Assembly (NCBI GenBank): GCA_964455625.1 | Contig: CAYVXZ010000005.1 | Coordinates: 9,632-73,631 of the forward strand | Length of the DNA stretch: 64,000 nucleotides | Direction: 5' to 3' | Source of the DNA: an uncultured Planctomycetales bacterium | GTDB taxonomy: Bacteria > Planctomycetota > SBBH01 | Shown here: positions 33,419-43,200 of the stretch, piece by piece | How the letters are laid out: each line of letters opens with the position of its first letter | Position numbering within the stretch: the first letter of the stretch is position 1 | Notes under the pieces: model-generated | The model's input: only the letters and a program-made list of their open reading frames with translations | What the model was told of the DNA's origin: nothing | Databases searched by the model: none | Program-made: the position numbers and the translations under genes

Positions 33419-33434
33419 GCATATTCCGTGCCAA
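33419..33434 (-). promoter_or_regulatory. sigma-54 (-24/-12) promoter upstream of EF-hand gene A
   Basis: Minus strand reads TTGGCACGGAATATGC, i.e. TGGCACG-N4-ATGC against consensus TGGCACG-N4-TTGCW; about 54 nt upstream of the start codon. Confidence 0.6.
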
Positions 33435-33651
33435 TGGTCATGCCGGGTCAGAAAGCCAGGGGCGATCCGGAGAGCGCTCTGAAATCCGACAGGTGCCGGG
33501 AATACCCGCACCAAAGAGGGTAGAGGGTGTCGAGACCGCGCCGGGGACGTCAGCCAGCGGGAGTGTTCCCACGGAGGCCCAGGTCGAAGCACGAAAGATG
33601 AAGCAGCGTGGAGCAGAATCCCCTCCTCAAATTCACCATTCTCCGATTGTT

Positions 33652-34386
33652 CTATTTACCCGGCTCGCGGAGAGCCCCTATGCCATTCGCCGCGATCTCG
33701 CGGACGTTCCAGTCGGGATCCTCCAAGACAGCCTGAAGCCGATCCACCAGGAAGACCCGGAATGTCGGGTCATGTCCCTGCCGCGCGATGCTGATGAGCA
33801 CCGCCACGGCAGCCGAGCGGAGTTCCGGATCGGAATCTTCCAGGACCGGCACCAGCCGCTTCCCTTCCTCGATACGGTTCAGGATTCCGAATCCCCGGAT
33901 GGCATCCTTCCGGAATCCCGTACACGGATCGTCCAGAAACATCCCGAGCACCTCGCCGCCGGGCTCCGGCCAGCGCCCCCGCGCGGCACGGGCGAAGGCC
34001 TGAAGCGATCCGGGCCCCAACCCGGCGAACAACGCGTCCACCACTCGCGTCCATCCCGAGTCCTCCGGAGCAAGCGCAAGCGACCGGAGGCGCAGGGACG
34101 CCATGCGCATGTGGTGCCGCAAGCGGTCGCACAGGTTCCGGACCTCCGGATCCGGATCGTCCCCGGGAAGGAGCCGCGCGATCTCCGGATGGCGATTGCC
34201 CCAGTCGCACAGGCGATCGAAGGCCGTCTGGCGCGTTTGCCAGGAATCAGCCGACAACGCTCCCACTTGGGCCTTCACCGCATCGTCATGCGGAGGGGCC
34301 GGCTCGGCGATGGCGGTGAATCCCGCGAGAAAGGCTGCCGGGACGGAAAGCCGGCGGCGGCACCCGGGCCCCACTATCAGGCGCAT
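33652..34386 (-). CDS. secreted HEAT-repeat protein
   Basis: 244 aa; signal peptide; PEIARLLPGDDPDPEVRNLCDRLR, LEDSDPELRSAAVAVL, LEDPDWNVREIAANGIG are HEAT/PBS-type repeats. Confidence 0.6.
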   Translation of the reverse strand: MRLIVGPGCRRRLSVPAAFLAGFTAIAEPAPPHDDAVKAQVGALSADSWQTRQTAFDRLCDWGNRHPEIARLLPGDDPDPEVRNLCDRLRHHMRMASLRLRSLALAPEDSGWTRVVDALFAGLGPGSLQAFARAARGRWPEPGGEVLGMFLDDPCTGFRKDAIRGFGILNRIEEGKRLVPVLEDSDPELRSAAVAVLISIARQGHDPTFRVFLVDRLQAVLEDPDWNVREIAANGIGALREPGK

Positions 34387-34461
34387 ATCCCTGTTTCACG
34401 CAAACGCGGTTCCCGCCGGCACTGGCCCGGACCACAGGGAAGCCTGAAAGGAATTTCGATA

Positions 34462-36774
34462 ATGAATTATTTATGTATTATTATTGATTCATTCATTAGA
34501 ATCCCGGCCAGAGTGCCCCGCCATCCGGCCGTCACGACGTTCCTGACATCGGAATCGGATCTCCTCACCATTCTGGAGGGGAGCCCGGAACCGCTCGACC
34601 CGGTTCTGCAAGCGACGCTCGCCATCCGCCGGGCGCTCGCCGGGCTTGTCCCCGCCGAGCGGGCGAACGCGTTGGCCGCCGGGCTGGCCGAGCCGGACCA
34701 GGATCCGGAGTTGCGCCTCATCCTGCTCGCCACTTGGGCAACCCTCTCCGGCACCCGCGAGCGTCACGATGAGATGCGAGCCATCCTGCGACAGGCCCAG
34801 GGGCTCGTCGGCCGGGAAACGCCTCCCGAGCTGCGCGTCATGGTCATGCTCTGCGAGGGGTACTATCTTTCCCTGCGCGGAGACCGGCGGCGGCGCGAAA
34901 CGCTCCTCAAGCAGGCGCTGGGAACCCTGACCCGGGCCTCTCCGTGGTATCCGCGCGTCGCCTGGGAATGGGCGGTGGTCTTGGCCCAGCAAGGACGCGC
35001 GAACGAGGCGGAACCCGAGATACGGTTTCTTGATGCCAAGGAAAGCGAGTCCTTCCCGCAGGGGCGACTCGCCCTCGTGAGGTTGTTCGACGCGGTCGAG
35101 TCCGGGCGATGGCGCCAGGCCCGGGTGATGATCGAGCGAATCGACCGCGACCGCCGCACCCTCCGCCCCTGGCAGGCGCTCCTGCGGATCGCCGAACAGT
35201 ACCGGGCGCTGGCGGGCCTGGCGGATCCGAGAGGAGGCGCCCCTACCGAACCGTTCGCGCGCGAGGAGGAGGATCTTCTGCTCGTGACGCGCCATCTCCT
35301 TGCCGGACGGGCGCAGCTCGCCTTGCGCGCGGCCCTGGAGCGCCATGCGCGCTTTCCGCTCCGGTCGATGGAGGCCGGCTTCACCGGCTGGGACATGATC
35401 CGGGCGGAGCTCGCCTGCGGAAACGGGGAATCGGCCCGCCGGCTGGTTGCCGCGCGCCGAAAGCGCGGAAGCCCCCACTGGCTGGACGGGTTCTTCCTGG
35501 CCCGCGCCGAGCGCCTGGCGGGAAAGTCACGGGGGGTGGCCCGGTTGCGCGAAGCCCGCCGGGAGGCCGCCCGCCTCGGCGCCGACGGACGGTTCGAACT
35601 CGAGCTTCGACTCGCCACCGAGATCCCCCCCGGAGATCCGTTCCTTGCTGGCGTGCACCTTCAGGAAAGGAGCGTTCGTCCTGTCGGGACATCCGCTGTC
35701 GATGTCTGCGACTCCGTCATGGATCCGTTGGTCGGGACCGATCCGGAAATCGTTCGCGTCCGGGAGGTGGTCCGCCGGCTCGCTCCGCTGAAGGTGACAG
35801 TCCTGGTGACCGGCGAAACCGGAACCGGAAAGGAGCTTGTCGCGCGCGCCCTGCACGAGGCGGGGCCACGGCGGGCAAGACCTTTTGTCGCTGTCAACTG
35901 CGGTGCGATCGCGGAGGCGCTCCTCGAGTCTGAGCTTTTCGGCCACGAGAGAGGGGCGTTCACGGGAGCCGAACGGGCTCATCGAGGACTTTTCACCGCG
36001 GCGACCGGCGGGACCCTGTTCCTGGACGAAATCGGCGAGGTCTCCCCGCGCCTGCAGGCCGCGCTCCTGCGGGTCCTCGAGAATGGCGAGGTGCGTCCCG
36101 TCGGGTCGGCCGGCGCAGAGCGGATCGACTGCCGCGTCGTCGCGGCGACGAATGCCGACCTCGACCGGCTCGTCGACAGGGGCCTCTTCCGGAAGGACCT
36201 CCTCTATCGTCTGCGGCGTCTGGAGATCGCGCTCCCTCCGTTGCGGGACCGCCCGGCGGACATCCTGCCGCTGGCGCTTCACTTCCTGAACCAGGACCGC
36301 CCCACCGGACGGACCGCGACGATGACGCCGGATCTCGCCGATTGCCTGCGCGCCCATCTCTGGCCGGGAAATGTCCGGGAGCTCAAGAACCGGATCGAGC
36401 GGATGCTGCTCCTGGCCGGCGAGAAGGCGGTCTATACCCGCGAGGACTTCGACCTCGCGCCGCTCTCGCCGCGGGAGCCTGCGCCGGCCGCCAGTGCCGG
36501 CACGCCCGCGGACCCGCGCGACCCGTTGCAGGTTTTCACCGAGGGGCGGTCGACCCTGCGGCGCCGGGAACGACTGAAGGCTCTCTTCCATGAGCACCGG
36601 ATGCTCACCCGGGCAGAGGCGGTCCGCATCCTGGACGTGGCCCCCGGGACCGTCACAACGGACCTCAAGGCGCTGGCCGCGGAAGGGGTGATCGAGAAGG
36701 TGATGCCCCGCCGCGCGCCGCGGACCCATTTTTTCCGGCTTCGCACAAGGCCGTCCGACAGGATTATGAAATGA
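34462..36774 (+). CDS. sigma-54-dependent transcriptional activator (enhancer-binding protein) with ~430-aa non-canonical helical N-terminal domain
   Basis: [57 protein letters not shown]...[25 protein letters not shown]...[27 protein letters not shown] (AAA+ sigma-54 interaction domain with GAFTGA) plus a C-terminal HTH. The first 15 codons are very AT-rich, so the true start may be the downstream GTG near 34509. Confidence 0.85.
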   Translation: MNYLCIIIDSFIRIPARVPRHPAVTTFLTSESDLLTILEGSPEPLDPVLQATLAIRRALAGLVPAERANALAAGLAEPDQDPELRLILLATWATLSGTRERHDEMRAILRQAQGLVGRETPPELRVMVMLCEGYYLSLRGDRRRRETLLKQALGTLTRASPWYPRVAWEWAVVLAQQGRANEAEPEIRFLDAKESESFPQGRLALVRLFDAVESGRWRQARVMIERIDRDRRTLRPWQALLRIAEQYRALAGLADPRGGAPTEPFAREEEDLLLVTRHLLAGRAQLALRAALERHARFPLRSMEAGFTGWDMIRAELACGNGESARRLVAARRKRGSPHWLDGFFLARAERLAGKSRGVARLREARREAARLGADGRFELELRLATEIPPGDPFLAGVHLQERSVRPVGTSAVDVCDSVMDPLVGTDPEIVRVREVVRRLAPLKVTVLVTGETGTGKELVARALHEAGPRRARPFVAVNCGAIAEALLESELFGHERGAFTGAERAHRGLFTAATGGTLFLDEIGEVSPRLQAALLRVLENGEVRPVGSAGAERIDCRVVAATNADLDRLVDRGLFRKDLLYRLRRLEIALPPLRDRPADILPLALHFLNQDRPTGRTATMTPDLADCLRAHLWPGNVRELKNRIERMLLLAGEKAVYTREDFDLAPLSPREPAPAASAGTPADPRDPLQVFTEGRSTLRRRERLKALFHEHRMLTRAEAVRILDVAPGTVTTDLKALAAEGVIEKVMPRRAPRTHFFRLRTRPSDRIMK

Positions 36775-36889
36775 ATCAAGAATGAACCGTTTTCAGGAAT
36801 AACGGAAACCGGTCGCACGCGACCTGCTCTAACCCCTTCCAGGTCAATCCCCAAAAACATCCGCCGCGCGCACCCCGATTGCATGCAGA

Positions 36890-39800
36890 ATGGCCATGCC
36901 CGCACATACGCTTCCCCGGACCGGTGGCATCGCCCTCATTCTGACCGCCGGCATCATGACCCTGCTCGGCCTCATGGCGGCCCTTTTCACGGGAGGCCTC
37001 CGGCTGACCTCCGAGACAGGCCACCGCCGGACGGATCAAACCCGCTCCGGGCTTGTGAGCGAAAGCGGCCTGTCGTACGCCCGATCGCGTCTCCTCGCCC
37101 GGACTGCCCCAGCGCCCGGCGCGCTTTGTCGCGGAGATGACTGGACGGCGCGTGGCGACGAGATTCCTTCCCTGTCGCCCGGACAGCTCTCGAATCCCTC
37201 CTATGCACGCGGGGAGCCGTGGCCGGATGACGGAGACGGCATCCACAGACCAGGCGAGGAGCGATCAGGCCCTGGCTGGATCGACCTAGATCGGGACGGC
37301 CGCCTCTCCGCCTGGAGCGGCCGCCTCCGGCTGGAAGCCACCCCGTTCGGCGCCCGCTTCGCCCTCCGGATCCGTTCGGACGCAGGGCTCGTTCCGGTCA
37401 ACGCGGGCGAGCTGGGAAATCCCGACGCCGATCACGACTGCGACGGGATCCCGAACCGGCTCGATCCGGAATACCATGCCTGGCTTGCGGTCAATCCGGC
37501 TCCATGGGCCGATCCGGGCGCCGGTATGAACGTTTCCCTCGTGAACCTTCTCGACAGCCTCGGCGCCCTCCTGGACATCTCGGACGCCGCGCCAGAGCCG
37601 TATACACCGGCCCTCGGAAACCGGCCTCCCACGCCGCGCCACGGCGAGATCCTCCTTTCTCGCCTTGGCCGCCGGATCGTCGCGGCGCGCCCACGCGGCG
37701 GCTACACATCGGTGGAGGAACTTCTCCCCGTCCTCGGAGCGGAAGACTACGCCAAGTCCGCCCCTTTCCTGACGGTCGCGGGAGACCGAGCTCCCCGCAA
37801 TGCCGATGTCGTCGCAGGCCACGCCGATACGGTCACCCGGGCAATGCTGGTCCGCGCCGATCAGCCGCTCATCGACCTGAACAGCGCGCCCGAGACAGTG
37901 ATCCATGCAGCCCTCCGGATCGCTGCCGCCGGGGGCCTCTATCACAACGATCCGTCCCATTACAACTGGGCAGAGGATGCCGAGTTCCAGGCGATCGTCA
38001 CCGAATCTTCCTACGTGCGGATCCTGGAAGGCGAGGCAGCCGGAATCGCCGCACTCATCGGGCAGGAGCGCCGCACCGCCCCGATCCGGAGCTGGAAGCG
38101 CCTGCTGGAGATGCTTGCGGCCTTCTCCGACGTCGCCGACGACCCCTTCACGGCCGTCGACGACCGGACCGGCCAGGCGCGAGAAACGCGCCAGCGCCTG
38201 ATCGAAGATCTCGTTCTCGCCTCTTTCAGCGCGGAAATGTTCGTCCCCGACCCGTTCTCGCGGAGCCGGGATACGCTTGAGGTCGAACGCGAAGGGATCC
38301 CGACGGGCGAGGATCTTTTGCGCGCGCGCCAAGTGCCGTCGGCGGCGCTCCTGGCGCAACAGACCGCCCCCTACAACGTCTCGGGACTGATCCCGCCGCC
38401 GGGTACCGCCGCGCAGCTCCACATGCCGGTGAACTATTTCGAACCGCCGCCGCCGGAGCCGGGCCGTCCGACGCCGGCCCACCTGAAGACCCGGCCGAAC
38501 GCCATTTTCGGCCTGGCGGGCGGGCCATGCCGGTACGACATCGAGTCGGAAGGACGTTCCGGGCCGGATCACCGGCAGACCCGGCGTTCGGCGCGGGCTT
38601 CCTGCGGCCTGCCGCTTGCGGCCTGGCGGGCGACCGGGCAGGAGGATTTCGAGATGCAGCGTCCAGCTCCGGGCTCCCCGCGCTTTTTCGAGAGGGGAGA
38701 CCTCCTCTGCGAAGGCTCCATCCCCCCCGTCAGAAACGGTATCCAAAGCCATCCCCGCTTCCCGATTTCCAGCTACACGCCCGAAGCGCTCCTGGCCGAT
38801 TTTCCGGACATGACCGACGATCAGCAGGAAAGGCTCCACGAAGCGCATGCCTGCCCCGTCCTGTGGGGAGACCTGCGGTTCGCGGCCCGTCAAGCGCCGG
38901 TCTCCGAGCTCCTCGAAACGACCCCTCCGTGCGTCTTCGCCCTGCCGTTCAACGAGGATTCCGTCCCGGGTCCCGACAATCTTTACTCACCCGACGACTG
39001 GAAGGACAACTTCGGGGATCCGACCCGCCGCCCGGAGGGGTCCCCCATGGTGCGATGTTACAGCGGCGAAGGCCGCGGGATGGCGATCGGCGGATGGGCC
39101 CGCTTCGGGCCGTGCGGCCTGCGCCTCTTCCCCCTGGCAATGGTGGGCGAAGAAACGGGCGAACCGGAGGACGGCGATTTCTTGTCGTTCCGGTGGGACG
39201 ACGGCTCGGCCCCCTGTCCGCTGACGCGCGGTGACTACCACGACTCGGACGGGTCGACAAACGTCGTCTCGGGGGGCGGGGAGATCCGGAACGCCACGAT
39301 CACATTCTCCTTTCCGGCGCGGGGCGGCGAGACGCCGGTCGCCCAGTACGGGGATACCGAGTTTACCGTCCAGTTCGAATCGCAGCCGGTTGGCGGCGCG
39401 AGCGGCGCTGGCGTCGACGGGGATGAAGGCGGCAAAGGGGGAATGGGCGGGGGAGGAAGCGGAGGCGAGGAAGAGGAAGAAGAGGAGGAAGAGATCGACC
39501 AGGAGGATATCTATTTTTCCTACCTGAAGATCCGCGTCCTGCCGGGGGACATCCTCATGCTCTCGATGCAGGACGGGAGCTCGGCCCCGGCCATGCCGCC
39601 TCCCGTGCCGTTCGCGTCGGGCCGGCGGTGGCGCCACGCGGCGGTAACGATCGACGGCGGGACGGACCCCGACGACGGCATCGCCCATGCGAGCGCCTGG
39701 ATCGACGGCGTCCTCGCGACGACCGCTCCCTTCACGCTGGATACCGGTCGCTTCCCCGCCGACAAGAAGCCGACGAGCGGCGCCCTGCGCCTCAAGATCG

Positions 39801-40267
39801 TCCAGGGTCCCCTCGACGACCTGAAGTTCTTCAACGCCACGATGAGCGCGCAGCAGATCCAGGACGAGGCGACGCGGGCGTTCCTGCGCCACGAGACGTC
39901 CGGGTCGTACCTCTCGGGCCTTCTGACCTTCGACCAAGGCCGCTTTCCCGGAGGCGCGGCGCTCACGGGCGCTTCCTGGAGCGCCTTCGCACCGGCCGCC
40001 TGCCGGGGCCCGACTGCCCCCATGACATTTACCGTGTACGCTTACGGAAATGATCCGACCGCCCCTCCCCTCGGCGAGGCGAACTTCGACTGGGACGGAA
40101 GCCCGGAGGCGCTCCAGCAAGCGGACTTCCGCCTCCCTCCCTGCCGGCATTTCCGGTGGCAGGTCGTCATGCGGTCAGCAAGCCCCGCCGACACGCCGAT
40201 CCTGGAGGAGTTCCGCGTCCACTACGCGCGGCCGGGAGCGTCCTGGACGACCTATGCCGCGGACTGA
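36890..40267 (+). CDS. giant (1125 aa) pseudopilin-like protein, paralog 2
   Basis: MAMPAHTLPRTGGIALILTAGIMTLLGLMAALF (prepilin/PilX_N-like); NPSYARGEPW, DLDRDGRLSAWSGRLR, PVNAGELGNPDADHDCDG, RPRGGYTSVEELL, IDLNSAPETVIHAAL (HhH/SAM-like as in GspK/ComEA); acidic Gly/Glu low-complexity linker; C-terminal WRHAAVTIDGG...AWIDGVL is LamG-like. Confidence 0.65.
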   Translation: MAMPAHTLPRTGGIALILTAGIMTLLGLMAALFTGGLRLTSETGHRRTDQTRSGLVSESGLSYARSRLLARTAPAPGALCRGDDWTARGDEIPSLSPGQLSNPSYARGEPWPDDGDGIHRPGEERSGPGWIDLDRDGRLSAWSGRLRLEATPFGARFALRIRSDAGLVPVNAGELGNPDADHDCDGIPNRLDPEYHAWLAVNPAPWADPGAGMNVSLVNLLDSLGALLDISDAAPEPYTPALGNRPPTPRHGEILLSRLGRRIVAARPRGGYTSVEELLPVLGAEDYAKSAPFLTVAGDRAPRNADVVAGHADTVTRAMLVRADQPLIDLNSAPETVIHAALRIAAAGGLYHNDPSHYNWAEDAEFQAIVTESSYVRILEGEAAGIAALIGQERRTAPIRSWKRLLEMLAAFSDVADDPFTAVDDRTGQARETRQRLIEDLVLASFSAEMFVPDPFSRSRDTLEVEREGIPTGEDLLRARQVPSAALLAQQTAPYNVSGLIPPPGTAAQLHMPVNYFEPPPPEPGRPTPAHLKTRPNAIFGLAGGPCRYDIESEGRSGPDHRQTRRSARASCGLPLAAWRATGQEDFEMQRPAPGSPRFFERGDLLCEGSIPPVRNGIQSHPRFPISSYTPEALLADFPDMTDDQQERLHEAHACPVLWGDLRFAARQAPVSELLETTPPCVFALPFNEDSVPGPDNLYSPDDWKDNFGDPTRRPEGSPMVRCYSGEGRGMAIGGWARFGPCGLRLFPLAMVGEETGEPEDGDFLSFRWDDGSAPCPLTRGDYHDSDGSTNVVSGGGEIRNATITFSFPARGGETPVAQYGDTEFTVQFESQPVGGASGAGVDGDEGGKGGMGGGGSGGEEEEEEEEEIDQEDIYFSYLKIRVLPGDILMLSMQDGSSAPAMPPPVPFASGRRWRHAAVTIDGGTDPDDGIAHASAWIDGVLATTAPFTLDTGRFPADKKPTSGALRLKIVQGPLDDLKFFNATMSAQQIQDEATRAFLRHETSGSYLSGLLTFDQGRFPGGAALTGASWSAFAPAACRGPTAPMTFTVYAYGNDPTAPPLGEANFDWDGSPEALQQADFRLPPCRHFRWQVVMRSASPADTPILEEFRVHYARPGASWTTYAAD

Positions 40268-43200
40268 CCGCGCCCGGACCGGCGTCGTCCTCGCACTGAC
40301 GAGCGGCCTGCTTACGGCTTTGGCGTTCGCTGTCCTCATTTTCACGCAGATCGTGCGGATCTCCGCTACTGTCCTGTCGGCCGCCTCCGGACGCGCGGAC
40401 GGGGAGCTGGCAGCCGAAAGCGGAATGCATTGGGCGGCGGGGCATCTCGCCGAAAAACCCGCCCGTTTCGACATCCCGCGAACAGCGGTCGCCCGTCCCG
40501 ACGACTGGCAGTACCGGGACGGCGCCGAGTATCGCTGGACTCCAGATGGACCTGATCCCCTCCCGGAGGACCTGCAGGAAAGCTTCAACCCCTCCTTCGC
40601 CCGCGGCGAGCCCTGGCATGACGCGGACGGAGACGGGCGTTACTCCGCGGACGAAATCTGGACGGACCTCGACGGCAATGGACGCTACACCGCCTGGAGC
40701 GGCCGCCTGCGGGGTCCGAGACCCCCCTTGGGGCATTCCTTCTCGATCCGGATCGACCCGGGCCCCTCTTCGCGCGTCAATGTCAACGGAGGGGATGTCG
40801 GGAAGCCATGGTCCGCGACCGCTCCGTGGAGGTTCAAAGGACTCCCCGCTGACTCCGGAAACGATCAGCTGGCATGCCACCTGAACCTGTTGGGAGCCTC
40901 TCTCGGGATCAGGGACTACACGATCGCGAACGTGGACAATGCTGCGATCAAGCCGGTGCTCGTCTCGGACCTGGGTGCGGAAATCCTGTCACGCCGACCG
41001 GTCGGCGGGTTCCGGTCACGGAACGACCTGGCGCGCGCCCTGATCGACGGCGGGGCGCTGACGCGCGACCAGTGGAGTCGCCTGTCGCCTCATCTGGCCC
41101 TGCACGAGACCCGGAACACCGCCGGACGGACCTGGCTCGACCTGAACGGCGCCCCGCGCGCCGTCCTGGCCTCGTTCTGGATGCACCGGAGAGGTGGGGC
41201 GACCTCCCCCTGCCTTTCCTATTCGGGTGCGGATCTCCTGATCGGCGGGACGCCGGTCTTGGACCCCTGGACACAGACCAACTGGGGTGCATCGGCCTTC
41301 GTCTTTCCGGAGGAGGCCACGACCATGGCAGACGAGATACACCTCGCCAAGCGTATGTTCGGGATGCTGGAAAGCTATCTCGAGGTCTTCCGGACGCTGT
41401 GGGAATCCCTCCAGGGTCCCGACGGGCATCTTTGTCCGGATGACCCCACGACATCAATCCCGGAGCCGGCGCTCTACGCCACCGAAAAGGCGCGGATCCT
41501 CATGGCCGCCTCCTTCCCGGACGCCGTGACGCAGAACGGATCGAGCGGCGGATCGCAGATCGGTCGCTTGATGGGGGTCCTGTCCTCGGTGGGAAGCTGG
41601 GAGTGGGACCCGGACGACATCCAGGGAAACGATGTCCTGGCCGTCAACCTCAAGACAATCCCTGAAGGAACCCGCATCATCCCTCTGGACGGCGACGGCT
41701 ACCACGAAGCCAGCCCCTATTCCGGCCTGACGGGATTCGCCGCCGTCTGGCCCGACCGGGCGCTCTGGCTGGGGCCGATCCGGGATTTCGAGGTCTCCTG
41801 CCTCGCGCACTCGATTGGCGGGACCCTGGCCGTTCGTTCGGCCGACGTCCGGATCCTCACAGGGATACATCTGAACAGCCAGGAAGATTTCGAGAACCTC
41901 GGCACGATCCGGACCGGGAGCGACCCGAATGCAGGCATCCGCCGCTTCCTGACGGATGGCGTCGAGACGGCGGGGCTTTCCCGCTACGACAGGGTCCAGT
42001 CGCTCCCCGACTTCTCGAAACGCTCGCATTGGCGGGCTGGCATGACGGGGTTCGACATGAAAGTGGGAGCCCTTACGCTTGCCGAGGCGGTACCCGATTT
42101 CCCCGCTTCCCCCGCCCCGACCGCCCAGGCGGTGATGGCCCCCCACGCGGACGGGAACGAGACCCTGGCGGGCAACTGGCTCGACACGACCTACATGGGA
42201 GGACAGGACCATGTCCGTCTCAAGGGGACCTACCCGTTCGCCGACGACGGTCCGGACGCCCTCTTCGCGCACGGGGATCCGTTCGAGATCCAGCCTTCCC
42301 AGATGGCGACCGGCACCAAACCGCTCGACAAATGCGACCCCTGCTGGACCGGCAACATACGGACCTACTTCCTCTCCCTGGACGCCTCGGACGGCATCCC
42401 GGCGCCGCTGCGAAGCGGCCCTCCTCCCTGTCCGGCCTCCAGTCCCCACTCCGACCTCGCCCGGATGTGGCAGTCGGGCGGAATCGAGGCATGGGTGGAT
42501 TTCACCGGCGGGACCGTCTGGGAAGCGAGCGCCGACTTCGACTTCGGGCCCGGCCTTCTCCTTCCGCAGTCGCTGACGCTCTCCCGCGGAGAGACCCAGT
42601 ACTTTCTCGAATGGCGGTACGAGATCCCCGTTGTCTGGGAGGACCTGAACGGATCCCGGGTGGTCGATCCGGGCGACACCTACTGGATCGCTTCCAGCAA
42701 CACCGGCGACAACCGCATCGCCTGGGATATCCCGACCCGCGGCGTCCCGTGGGTCCGTCCGCTTCCGGACCACCTGGTCGTCGAATGGCAGACGCTCCGC
42801 TACGTCCCGAACCGGGGGAACCTGGATGCGCTGGAGATCCGGACGCGTCTCCGGATCGTCCTGAACGGCTCCGTTGTCCACGACGCGGTGCACACGTTCA
42901 ACCAGGACTTGCAGGGAACAGCCCCCTTCGTGCCTATCCTGTCGAGGCGGATCGCGGCCGACGGCCGCTTTGACTCCCAGCTCGCGATCAAGTGCTACGC
43001 CGATCAAGTAGCACTCTATAACGGCTTCGGCGCCGGGGACTTCCGGACAGCAAATCCACGTCCCTGCCGGGACCGATTCGAGCGGCAAGGATGGTACGAA
43101 TCGCCGCTCCACGTCCTTCCGCAAACGATGCGCCCGCTCTGGGCTGCCTGGACCGGCGTTGCCTCCGAGCAGATGCGCGTGTCGGCCCCGCAAGCGATGC

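Noticed and set aside
29511-33482. 1323-aa + strand ORF
   Set aside because: Antisense to the molybdopterin oxidoreductase, FeS-NrfD and EF-hand genes; low-complexity Arg/Gly/Asp-rich; no start context.
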